From: Azolla caroliniana
Taxonomy: Eukaryota > Plantae > Polypodiophyta
DNA length: 64,000 bases
Direction of reading: 5' to 3'
NCBI GenBank assembly: GCA_043228905.1
Contig: JBHGNT010000004.1
Location: 10,788,001-10,852,000 of the forward strand
Both the position numbers and the translations under genes were made by a program. The notes beneath the pieces were generated by a model. It was not told where the DNA came from. It ran no database searches and saw nothing but the letters and a program-made list of their open reading frames with translations. Each line of letters starts with the position of its first letter. Positions within the stretch are counted from its first letter, which is position 1. This document shows, one piece after another, positions 35,961 to 48,850 of this stretch.

Positions 35961-38900
35961 ATTTACCAATATGTCCTTGTTTTTTGGTTCACAAAGGATC
36001 CAACCAGATACCTTCCGGATTAATCCGGTCTAGCTTCCTTCCTCCGGCTCATCCAGCGGGACTGATTTCCCAATACTAGGAGAAAGGTCGGTCAGTTGCG
36101 TGTGAACATGGGGTGTGTGAGTATGCACATGAACTTGGTCTAGTGTATAAATCAATGTAAATATCAAAGTATTAATAAATACAAGGTAGGAGTGTTTAAT
36201 AGGTACTTTTATGGTCCCTCGAAACAAGGGGAATGATACTGTGTGATAGCTGAAATAATGGAGGGAATCACTGACATAAGTGGTTGTAATAATAGCCTGA
36301 TGTAACTCAACCTTCCCTCTCCTTAGAGCTATAAAAGGGATGGAAGATGTATGTTGTGGGGGTGGTTGTTTTGGAGGGGAAGGCATTGTTGGTTTTGGCC
36401 ATCGAAGTGCCATCGGAGTTGCTTGTTTTGCTGATTCGGTTAGATACTAGGAGGCCTCTTCTAGTGTAGGAAGTCCGTGTGCTCATGACCAGAGGCTCAT
36501 CAGTCTATGTGGTTGTTGAGCTCGAAGCTCTATTTTCCGGCCTAAGGCCATTCTTTGTATTTTTTCCTACACTTAATCAATTATTTGGTTTCCTTGTGTC
36601 CGGTGTATGGTTCATGTGATCTTTGTGTCGGTCTATCCTGATCTGTGCATACAATTAACTCTCGTTTGGGATGTCCAGGAAGGAGTCGTTCTTCCCTCTT
36701 TTGTTATGCATCTTCCTATTGTTCCTATGAGCCAATGTGTTCAACTTTTGGAATCCGGCAACAACGCCAGATCAGATATGGTTCTGTAAGCCCATGCGCT
36801 TAGTATCCGGTATCCAGTAACCAGACTGGATAGGCCATTGCAAGCTTAGTAGCCTCTCATCCTTGGGCTTCTTGGTGTGAGACCTCGGTGGTCCCACCAG
36901 AGCCAAACCACAAGCCGTGGACTTTCACGACATCTTTGGTGAGCCCGATGTGAAGGGGCGGCAAAGGGCTCTGGGTTACAAACTGGTGACAACCGGTCCG
37001 GATTCGGATCGGCATACCGATTCCGGGTCCGTCTGTTCACTTCTCAAAATATAATAATTATAGATAACAGATCCTGGTTCTAAAATAATTATCCCTTTCC
37101 CATTCTGGACTTTATCCGACTTTTAAGTCTTTGCCGGTCAACACATGGCACGCCCGTGGGACAGTACCTTGTACGTCGAATCCCACGGTTCGCCCTTCAA
37201 TCTTCCTCCAAAATGTCCAGAATGCTCTGGTCCAAGGGTTCTAAATGCTCATCAGGTAGCTACTCCGTCGTCTGTTGCTGCTGCTATTGCTGCTCCCGCT
37301 GCTGCTGCTGCTCCTCTGGTCTCTTCGGTTCCACTGGTCTCGAGGCTTCCGATTCCGGTTCTGTTGGTTGGGGTTCCTCCTGTTGATGGTTTCCGGTGTG
37401 CAGGTTTTCATCCTTCAGTTGCTCCTTTGGAGTTTTTTTCGGCTGGCTTCCCCCAGTTCCGGCTTCATTCGACGCTTGGTCCGAAGACTGCTCTTCGTCA
37501 CTGATATTGATCGCCGTAGTTCTTTTGGCCACCTCTTGCCGTCACTGTTCTCGTTCATACCGCTCGAACTGGAGTTGTGTATCCATCTGGTCGTCGTCCA
37601 GTTGTTCCACCAATCGCCTTACCCCTGCCAATTGTTCCCCGGCTAACGATAGGAAGTCGTCTGACAATTCCTCCCTTATGGCTACAATGTTCTCCGCGTC
37701 TAGTTTATAGAAATCGTCGCCATCCTTCCTCCGGTTCTCCGCATCCGCTCTTAACAATTGTAACTCCGCTGCCTGCTTAGCCCATTTAGACCACCATTGA
37801 ACCGAACTTTCTTCCACCAGTCTCTTCGTCCGGTTTCTCCATGTCAGCACCAGATCACGGATTCACCCCAACCCCATCTTCGACTTATTCTCCGTGGCCT
37901 ATTTTTCGTCTTTCAATTGTTTGATAAGGCACGCGGTTGCCGCTTCTTGGCTTTTGTAGTGCATGAGCTGTGTCTGATAGGTAGTCTGAACTTTGTTTAG
38001 AGCCATTGTAGCGCGTTCCGTTTCCTCATAGTGCTGCTGGGTCAGCTCCATTCGTTCTTTTGCCGCTTCCGCCAGTCTTTTCGCTACTTCAGCCCCCTTC
38101 GTATTCGGGATTGTTTCAGTCACCTAGGTCTTATTATTCTGAACACTCACTGGTGCCACCGGTACTAAATATTTTGGTCCTTCAATGACCAGCTTAGCCG
38201 CCTCTTCTCTGGTCTTTTCCATTTCTTGTTCCATGCTCCGGATTCTCGACCGGGCCTTCTCTAGTTCTTCAGTTGTGGCGAGCAACCGGTCCACGTGTGC
38301 TCTTTCTTCTGCTTCTATGTGGCACACCACCCCGGCCACTTGTTCTCCTATCCACCGTAGCCATTGGCTGCCGGTGCTTTGTTGCCGTGCAGGTTCTGGT
38401 CATGGTGTGGCTTCCTCACTCGTCGGGAACCTATTCTAGGTAGTAAGCAACAGTTCCTGTTCTTGTTGTTGCTAATGCGTCCGCAACACCGGCAATTCAA
38501 TCGTCGGTTTTTGAACATCCGGCTCCGCTATTTCTTGCCGCACAACTACTTCTAACACCGGATCTGGTTGAACCGGTTCTGACTCCTTCCTTGGCTGCGG
38601 CTCCTTGGGCGGGGCTTTGGTATACTGTCCTTTACCGGAGTTGATTCCTCCCCTTTGTGGCCCTCGTCGCGTGTCTGTTTGTGACATAGTAGGTGCTCGA
38701 CAAGTTCTTCTTCCTGCTCCTCATCTAGGCTATTGATTAACGCCGCCAAGGGGTCTTGCTCCTGTTATTGTTCTGATTGCTGTTTCGGCCGACGCAACTT
38801 AATTTTTAAGGGTCTGACTGGTGTTTCCATCGGTGTCTCCTCTATTGTCATGAAGCACACGAGCGACTTCACCCTTGCTGGTCAGGGAGTACTCACCGAA

Positions 38901-40440
38901 GAACTTCGTGAGCATCTCCGGTGAAGGGTTGTCGATTGAGAATATTCCGCCCTCTAGTAAGCTGGTCATGGTGTGGATGGCCTCTTCTGTGATGACCTTC
39001 GTATCGATCTCCTGCACGACTTTCTCCGCCTCGCCGTGCGGAGGTGCCTCGACGATTCTTAGGAACCCTTCCAACCCTTGTTTCTTGAACCATTTCTTGG
39101 CCGCTTCCGAGAGTGCCATGTGGTCCATATCATCGTCTGAGTCAGTGGGACTTGGTAGAATTGGTACGTTTGTACGTTCTTCTTGTGTTCGTCTGATCAC
39201 TCTTAATCGCCTGTGTGCGCTTAGTGCTCTATTCTTGCGAAATGAGAGGGACTCTGTGAGGCGGAGGTTTTGTCTCTCCATGCTTGGCGCCTTTCCTTGA
39301 TTCCCGCGCATGCATGTCGTGTACTATAATAGCAGTTGGTTGACACATGGTGTGCTTTTAAATAGGCTTTAATTAGCCACCAACCACATACCTTTTCAAA
39401 CTGCCCGTTCGCTCCTCGCCTATGCATGATGTTTTTTAAAAATAAAAAAATAATTTTTTTTAGAATTAAGCATTAGTCCCGGTTGTCTGGTAACACCGGC
39501 TCCTCTTGGTTGCCGGCCAATTGCTTGCCGCTTCCGGTTATCGCGTTGGTCTCCACCTGATGGAACGGGTTTGGTGGCATAGGCCCGTAATAGGGTTTAA
39601 GCCGAAACCCATTTACCCATTTGTCCAGTACTTCGCCGGCAAGCGTGCCTAACCGGCAAGAATCGTTGAATTCTCGTGTGATCCAATATGGTTTGGTCCA
39701 CCCGAACCGTAGCTTGCCCGTCATCCTACCCATCCGGGTCTGAAACACGAGCACTGGCTTGCCGATTTCAAACAACTTCTCATTGCCCTTCAGGTGCCGG
39801 TTGATGAATGCCTTCCTTAGTCGCTGCTCCAGTTCCAACTACATGATACTCGCTATCCGATGCTCTTCCAGCTCACATAGTGCCACCAATCGGATTTTCT
39901 CGGATTCCTTTTCACTCAGTCACTCCCGGACCTGTATCCGTAAGCTCGGTACTTGAAATTCAATCCACATCACCGCGTCTAGTCTTAATGCTGTCGGATG
40001 GCGCGTGACACACGTGCCAAACGTCGAAATGTGCACGTCACAAGCGCGGACTAGCACCGGGCCTCTATTTGCTCGTGGTTATGGATGATGGGTGGCTGAA
40101 GTGACGCACTAATGTGGTTAGAGTGAGAGAGAGAGAAACAGAAATTGAGGAAGTTTTTAAGATAGATAGATAGATAGATACACATCACCAATTAGATAAC
40201 TAAGTTTTCTTATTATTAATTTTCGATTTGATACATAAATTGTTTGATTCATCCATTGATTGATCCCCCCCCAATTACACAAGCCTTACGAGGCTTTTTA
40301 TAGGTTTATCTATCCTTCTAACATGCACAAAACCATGGGCTTGAACCCATGGTTTTCGGGCACACGGTTTTCCTTGTGGCATGCACAAAACCATAGGCTA
40401 AAACCATGGTTTTGTGTACACGGTTTTGTATGTTTGTTTC

Positions 40441-43400
40441 TGTTGAGAGACAAGCTCAACATCGGCCAGATCGGTTGAAGAAGCCGAGGACCGGATTGGT
40501 TGGGACCTATCGGTTAGGCCGAATGCGTAAACCGGTACGCAGACCGGTGCATAGGTAGGGCCGGATCGGTGCGTAAACCGGGAGGCCGTTAGGAAAGATA
40601 TTCCGTGAGGAGTACATTTGGGAGTTAGTGTAGGAGCCCTTAATGAGCATTGAAGTACTGTCAGTACTTCGGTCAGTCCTTCTAGGACTTGTATAAAAGT
40701 GTTCATTGAACACACATATGTATAGAGTGTGGTGAATAGAGATTTAGTACCTTTTTGAATATAGTTCTTGTTTCATCTCTCTCTCTCTCTCACTCTCCTT
40801 GTCTCTCCCGCGTATACTGCATAAGCTCAAGCTCTCCATTAAACCTGAGTTTTCTTCCTTCTGTTCGGTTTTCTTCCTTCTGTTCGGTCAGGTGAAGTCT
40901 GCATCGAACGAGAAGGCCTCGACATCGGCTAATGTGAGATTACGCCGATCTACCCGCCAGAAGAACCCTGTTTTGCGGTTCGGATACAACGAGTACATGG
41001 CACATCATTATGCGTACATGACCTGTGTAGCGGAAGTGCGTGAGCCGGAGAGCTACGCAGAAGCGGCTAAAGACGCGAATTGGCATGCCGCGATGGAGGA
41101 AGAGATGCACGCATTGGCGAAGAACGAGACCTGGGACTTGGTTGACGCACCAACAAGGGTAAAACCGATCGGGTGTGGGTGGGTGTACAAGGTCAAGTAC
41201 AACACCGATGGTTCCGTCAACCGGTACAAGGCTCGGCTAGCGGCAAAGGGCTACGCGCAGAAACACGGCATTCACTACGATGAGACATTTGCGCCGATCG
41301 CGAAAATGACGACCGTCCGTGTTTTGCTCGCAATAGCTGCGGTGAAGGGGTGGCACTTACATCAGATGGATGTAAAGAATGTGTTCCTGCAAGGTGACCT
41401 TGAGGAACAGGTGTACATGGTACAACCCCCCGGATTTCACTCTAGAACGAACTCCTCGGCAGTATGCCAACTGAAGAAGTCCCTTTACGGACTGAAGCAA
41501 GCCCCACGTGCCTGGAACGCGAAGATCACGCAACAACTGCGTCGGATGGGCTTCGTCACGTCAAAATCGGATTCTTCCCTGTTCATCCGGAAAGGTCGAC
41601 TCGGACCGGTTAGTAGTTTACTATATGTTGATGACTTGGTCATCACCGGCGCCAACCTAGGTGAAATCAACCGCGTGAAGCTCCAGCTTGCGGCATCGTT
41701 CGACATGAAGGATCTGGGGGACCTTCATTACTTCCTTGGGATCGAAGTGATCCATACCCCCGAAGACATATTAATTAGCCAACGTCATTATGTGCTGAGT
41801 ATGCTCTTCAAATTCGGGATGGTCGACTGTAAGTCCGTCTCGACTCCTCTGGACAGATCCGTCAAGCTTCGTCCTGATACGGGAAAGGTATGCGACCCGA
41901 CGAGGTTCCGACAAATTGTCGGAAGCCTCATATACTTGACCATCACCCGACCTGACCTCAGTTATCCGTTCGGAGTGATCAGTCAGTTCATGGCGCGACC
42001 TACCGAGGAGCACCTCCAGTGTGCGCAATGCATACTTCGGTATGTCAATGGCACTAAGGACCGGGGACTGCTATATCAGACCGGTGCAGCCGCGTAGTTA
42101 GTCGGCTACACCGATGTTGATTGGGCTGGCAACGCCGCCGATCGCCGACCCACGTCCGGATACGCGTTCTCCCTCGGGAGTGCCGCGATTGCGTGGAGTA
42201 GTAAGAAGCAACCGATAGTTGCACTGTCGAGCACTGAAGCTGAGTACCGAGGAGCGGCTGTCGCGACATGCGAAGCCATATGGTTGAAGCGGCTACTTAA
42301 GGACCTGCAAGAGGAGGTGTCAAATCCGACGACGATCTACTGTGACAACCTTAGCAGCATCCAGCTCGCGAAAAACCCTGTTTTTCACGCACGGACCAAG
42401 CACATTGAGGTGCACTACCATTTCGTCCGTGAGCGTGTCCTATCCGGTGAAGTCGAACTTCAGTACGTTCCGACGGATCGGCAGACTGCCGACATCTTCA
42501 CCAAGCCTCTTGGTCTGGACAAGTTGCGGCAATTCTCAGGTGCGCTCGGATAGCGTCACCTCGACGTGCCAAACTTGAGGGGGAGAATAGTGCCGAACGA
42601 CCAAGCAAGGCAGCAGGAAAGGAGCGGAGACTGCGACACCACCGAGTCGGTGGACTCGGTTGTCGAGTTCGACTTCGGATCGACTGAAGAAGCCGATAGC
42701 GGACCCGCGGAAAAGTTCGGAAGCGGACAGAAGGGGAGCAGCCGAAGGAGAGAGCCGAAGCCAACCATGCATGGGGAAGATGACGCCATCGAGGGGGAGA
42801 AGACCGAAGACAAGTTGGAGACAGCCAACTCGGACGAGAGCGAAAACCGATCGGAGGTAGCCGAGTCGGTTCGGATGTTTGATTCAGATATGCTGAATCA
42901 ACCGAGGCCCAAGCGGAAGAAAAGGCAGCAGAAGAAGCGTCAACATCGCAACAACAGAAGAGCTGATAAGGGCCACATGAGCAGACAAGCCGACCGGAAG
43001 GGTCGAAGCGCGCGGAGTCAAACAGGTCGTGGAGCATGAACGAGGCATGAAGCTAGGAGGAACTGGAGCTGTGAGCCCGAAGATCCCGAAGAGCCTCAAG
43101 TTGAGCTTGAGGGGGAGTGTTGAGAGACAAGCTCAACATCGGCCGGATCGGCTGAAGAAGCCGAGGACTGGATTGGTTGGGACCGATCGGTTAGGCCGAA
43201 TGCGTAAACCGGTACGCAGACCGGTGCGTAGGTAGGGCCGGATCGGTGCGTAAACCGGGAGGCCGTTAGGAAAGATATTCCGTGAGGAGTATATTTGGGA
43301 GTTAGTGTAGGAGCCCTTAATGAGCATTGAAGTAGTGTCAGTACTTCGGTCAGTCCTTCTAGGACTTGTATAAAAGTGTTCATTGAACACACATATGTAT

Positions 43401-43577
43401 AGAGTGTGGTGAATAGAGATTTAGTACCTTTTTGAATATAGTTCTTGTTTCATCTCTCTCTCTCTCACTCTCCCTGTCTCTCCCGCGTATACTGTGTAAG
43501 CTCAAGCTCTCCATTAAACCTGAGTTTTCTTCCTTCTGTTCGGTCTTCATACTTGCTTCCGCACGTTACTTTTTACA
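40441..43577 (+). mobile_element. Internally deleted Ty1/Copia (RT-RNase H only) nested in an LTR
   Basis: LTRs at 40441-~40889 (truncated) and 43118-43577; TSD gtttc/ttttc; PPT gagggggag. RT ORF 40799-42097 (YKARL, QMDVK, SLYGLKQAPRAW, YVDD) and RNase H ([11 protein letters not shown]). Confidence 0.94.
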
Positions 43578-45904
43578 TTTTCCTATGGAATACTAAATAT
43601 GAGAAGGAAATATACAAATCTAAAGCACTTAATAGTAGCTTTAGTGGTAAGGTAATTGCTTCCTATCTTAGAAGTGTAAGGTTCAAATCTTGCTTGCACC
43701 CTTCTATATGCACTTGAATGTCATTAGACCCTACACTAATTTTCGTATTTATAATCATGTGTATAATGTGTGTGGAGCCACAGTATTTCACAATTTCTCC
43801 CATTGGACACAGAACATCACGACATCCACCCCCACCAAACCGCACATCCTCTGGCATGTGCCAAGAAGAAAAGAGTGATGTGGCTGAGACAAAAGGTGGT
43901 TTGTCTTTGATTTCCTCCTTCCTTTCGCGTCGTCCTCTGTCCTCCATTTTGAGTACATGCATTCCTTCCACCCGATCAACCATATCATTCGATCGCCTTT
44001 TGCATTTCCATGACCACTTGTCGTAGCCCCTTTTGCTCCTCCCGAGCGTAACTCTTCATACATCGTACATGTGCCGCCTTCATCTCAACCATCTCCTTGG
44101 TCATGAAACTTCCTCGGATCGTCTTTTATCATCTTATGCTTGCTTTTCCTCATGCTCACAATATCAACATTATCATTAGACACAACCCAAACCATCATAA
44201 CATTTTGTAGATTATCCTCAATACTATCAACTTTAATCTTGTCCTTCCCACGCATACTCACAACATCAACATCATCATGATACTCATCCCAAATAACATT
44301 TTCTAGATTTTCCATACTTATACCCTTGTAATCATTATGTAACCCCACATCATCATGGACATATTTTTGTAGAATGTCCTCATCATCACAAATCCCTATT
44401 CTATTTTCATAATGGATGTCCTAATGAATGTCACCATTTGATCTAGTGAAACTCTTATAAAATCTATCCCGAAGAAAACCAAGGCAACCTAAAACACACA
44501 ATTCCTCTTCATCACTCTCACCCTCATCATTACCCTTATCATAACCATATCCACAAAAAGTGCATAACTTTTTACCATCATAACCCTCATTCTTCTTATT
44601 GCACTCACTCTTACCATTAATAATACACTCTCCCTTACTATCATCAAGCCCTAAATCATCATCATCATTACGTTTAAATGTAAAGTTTTTATCCCTTCCT
44701 AACTTCTTCTCTTGTTAGTGGTTCTCATTAAACCTATCATACTTGTCATAAGATTTTAAACCATGAAAGTCTTGATCCCAACTACTCTCACCGTCACGAC
44801 TTTCGTTGAGTGCTTTTTCATTAGCACAACCATGAAGAGCTTGATTCCTCCTCTTGTGTTCATAGTAATCTTTGTCACGATCATAACCTTGTAGATCTCA
44901 AGCACTCTTTGTGAGTTTGTAATGATCTTTGTCTTTGTCATGACCGTGTAGATCTTGATCGGTCTCCTCAAGCCCACGTTCTTTGTCAGATGTCTCTTCA
45001 CCATAGCATCCTTGAGTATCTTCATCTTTCCTTACGAGCCCACTTTCTTTGCTGAAAGTCTCTTCATGACCGCATCCTTGAGTATCTTGGTCATTCCCCT
45101 CGAATTGATGTTCTTCATTGCTTGTCTCTTTTTGATTGCATCCTTCTCGATCTTCCCTCTTGAGCCCATGTTCTTCATCACATGTCTCTTCACGACTGCA
45201 ACTACGCCGATCTTGATCATCTTCATCGTCGTCACCGTCGAGGAAACCATGAAAAGGTTGAGGCCCGAAACTTGATGTCAGAACCGCTTCGTAGAAATCC
45301 GGAACTTCTTGATATAGTCTTTCAACTAGATTTGCCAACTTGAGATACTCCAACGCTTTAGGGTAAAAGCATGCAAGTGGAAACACTATTATAGCTAATT
45401 AGCTACTAAAATGGCCACAACTAATTATCTATTTGTTTAGCTAGTTTTTTTTGTGGGAAAATCAAATATTTGAAAAACTAATTTATGAAAAAACTCAAAT
45501 ATTTGAACTTCTATTTCAGACTAGTGGAACTTGGGGAATAACACCATCATCTAAGGTCGACTTCAATGTCATCAATTTCCTGTTTAGCCTAAGTTTGATT
45601 TTGAACGCAGATGGAGTACTCAGAGCACGAACGTAGACGTAGCTCCCGCAGTAGCAGAAAATCAACATTGCAGATTCAGAGCTACAACGCAGAACCCACT
45701 CGATCATCGTCCAGGTATGTTTCAGTTACAGAAACCCCAAACATTTGTTTTTTCTTTTTGACTACTGTCTGAACTTTGGCGCCGATTCATATTTCCCCAA
45801 AATCGAATAGGGCGAAGTCCTTGGAGTCCCATACAAGGATGTCTCGCAGATCGGGGAGTAGCAACAGGTGTGTTTATATTACTTTTTTTGTGTTTAATCC
45901 TGTC

Positions 45905-46560
45905 TTTAGGGTTTTTGTTTATAAATTTCTGATTAGAATTTCTGATTAGAATTTCTGATTAGGGTTTGTGATTGAAATTTCTGATTAGGGTTTCTGATTG
46001 AAATTTCTGATCAGGGTTTTTGATTATAAATTTTTGATTAGAATTTCTGAATAGGGTTTTTGGTTACAAATTTTGATTATAGATTAGAATTTCTGATTAG
46101 AATTTCTAAATAGGGTTTTTGTTTATAAATTTCTGATTAGGGTTTGTGATTGAAATGTCTGATTAGGGTTTTTGATTATAAATTTCTGATTAGAATTTCT
46201 GAATAGGGTTTCTGGTTACAAACTTCTGATTACATATTTTGATTAGGGTTTTTGATTTCAAACTTTTGATTATAGATTTTGATTAGGGTTTCTGATTTCA
46301 AATTTCTGAATACAAATTATGATTAGGGTTTTTGTTTCTGGTTACAATTTTTTGATTATGGTTTCTGATTAAAATTTCTGATTAGGGTTTTTGATTATAA
46401 ATTTTTGATTAGAATTTCTGAATAGGGTTTCTGGTTACAAACTTTTGATTACAGATTTTGATTAGGGTTTCTGATTTCAAATTTCTGAATACAAATTATG
46501 ATTAGGGTTTCTGTTTACAAATATCTTATTGCAATTTCTGAAAGGGGTTTCTGATTTGCT
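45905..46560 (+). repeat. Degenerate ~13/26-bp minisatellite rich in GATTAGGGTTT
   Basis: Alternating tttctgattagggt / tttctgattagaa units. Confidence 0.9.
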
Positions 46561-46662
46561 AAGTTAATGATTTTGCACTATTTCTGTTGTTGTTGATTGG
46601 GTTTTCTGATTCTGACATATTCTGATTTTACACTATTTCTGATTTGTGATTTGATATTTCAG

Positions 46663-48010
46663 ATGGCTCGTTCCTTTGTATCTGAGAGTGCTAAACTTCG
46701 CAAAATTTTGCGAGACAAAGGAGGACTTCCACAACACCTATGGTTTGTCACTCGAGGGTGTTGACCCTACTGTCCTAAGTGATAAATTGATCAGTGATGT
46801 AGACTAGATGACAATATATACAGTGCCTAGAGTCAAAGGCAAGGTCAAGCTGAAGCATGTACGAGCCGACTTGTACGATGACTGCATGAGGCTGCACCAG
46901 AAAGTTCATCAAGAGATCCCAGTCAAGAATGAGTTGTCAGTTTCATTTGCTAGAGCATTTGCATATGAGTACTGCAAAACATCGAAGGAATCCAGAGACC
47001 CTGAAATGTATAGGGTAGCTTGGGCAGTCTATGGTGAGGCATCGGTAGAAAGATGTCGAAAGATGGGGACCTTGGCACAAAAAATAGACAGATTTTGGAG
47101 CATGGCAGCTGTTGATGCAACTACCGACTCCCAGCAAAACCGGGGGCATACACCACACCGACACCCAAGGAAAGCCAATGTCGATGATACAGGTGAGACA
47201 TTGGTTAGTTATATGCTAAAAAATGTCCATGAAGCTTGTGAGACATTGGCATTTTTTAAGACTGATTTAGAGAAAGCCACAATGGCTTCTGCAATGGAGA
47301 GCAAAGTTACTTTAGCTGTTACAACGATTAGAAATAAGATTCAAGTAACTATTGTTTTGCTGGTATGTGATTGTGTTATAAATAACTTTAAGGGTAAAAT
47401 GTGCTAATCAAGCATTATCTGGAATAGGTTGCACAACAGGAGCTTGAATTAGAGGGGCCACTGGATCCCCAACGTAAAATACAAATGCAAACAGAGATCC
47501 AGGTTCTTTCAATGAACCTGGACCTTCTAGGTGTAAATACTGTTGCAGATTACAATTTGGAAAAGCTTCAAGCAAGTTAACAACTCCTGAGCAAAGTTGG
47601 TGTATCTTTCTCAGACAGGAATAATTAATCGGTAAATTTCCCTGTTGCGTTGAAGGAACAATACATTCATCAAGAACGGGTAACTTAGTTGCCTTAAGAA
47701 GCAACTACATTTTGTGGAGGGAATGGTAAGGAGCAGACAGGATTTGGACCTGAACATTCTTGCTCCCTTACCAAATGAAGGAGAACCAGAAAATGATTTA
47801 TTGACAGTTCAAGCACGTTGCATCGCTTGCGGGTTAGGTGTGGAGGACAAAACTACGTCTTTGTTGGTTCACCTACAATCATGCAACCACACATACCATC
47901 TGCTTTGTTTTCAATATGCCTGTCGAATTGCTGTATTCTGTTTGGGAGATTGCAGTACAACTCTACCAAATGAGTGGAGAAAACTAACAGGTATACCATA
48001 CTGTAGCTAA
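46663..48010 (+). pseudogene. Transposon-borne gene fragments ending in a RING/PHD-like Cys-His finger
   Basis: ORF 46808-47407 is unassigned. ORF 47714-48010 has CIAC-x16-CNHTYHLLC-x9-CLGDC. Confidence 0.5.
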
Positions 48011-48850
48011 TAAGCTTAGTCTTTTCTAATTAGCTAAGCCATAAAAAGTATGGAAACTATTGTGCTGCTATCGTTGTAGCTAATTAGCTACTACCATAGT
48101 TGATTAAAGCAACTAATAGCTATCCTAGTAGCTAATTAGCTACTGCCATAGTTTACTACAGTAGTTAATTAGCTAAGTGGCAACTAGTTAGCTACTAGCT
48201 AATTAGCTATCCTACTGGCAGCTAATTAGCTACTGGCAACTAGTTAGCTACTAGCTAATTAGCTATCCTCTTGGCAGCTAATTAGCTATTGGCAGCTAGT
48301 TAGCTACTCATAGCTAATTAGCTAGTACCATAGTTGTGTAAAGTAGCTAATTAGCTATCCTACTAGCTAATTAGCTACTGGCAGCTAATGAGCTACTAGC
48401 TAATTAGCTATTGGCAACTAATTAGCTACTAGCTAATTAGCTATCCTAGTAGCTAATTAGCTATACTACTAGCTAATTAGCTACTGCCATAGTTGTGTAA
48501 AGTAGCTAATTAGCTATCCTAGTAGCTAATTAGTTGCCAGTAGCTACTACATAGTTGAGAAAGTAGCTACTTAGCTATCATTGTAGCTAATTAGCTATCC
48601 TAGCTATTACCATAGTTGAGAAAAGTAGCTAATTAGCTATCCTAGTAGCTAATTAGCTATCCTAGCTACTACCATAATTGCTGAAAGTAGCTAATTAGCT
48701 ATCATAGTAGCTAATTAGCTATCATAGTAGCTAATTAGCTATCCTAGCTACTACCATAGTTGAGTAAAGTAGCTAATTAGCTATCGTACTAGCTAATTAG
48801 CTATCCTAGCTACTACCATAGTTTAGTAAAGTAGCTAATTAGCTGCCATG
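48000..48850. repeat. Array of the palindrome AGCTAATTAGCT with short spacers
   Basis: Dozens of tagctaattagcta copies are directly visible. Confidence 0.95.
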
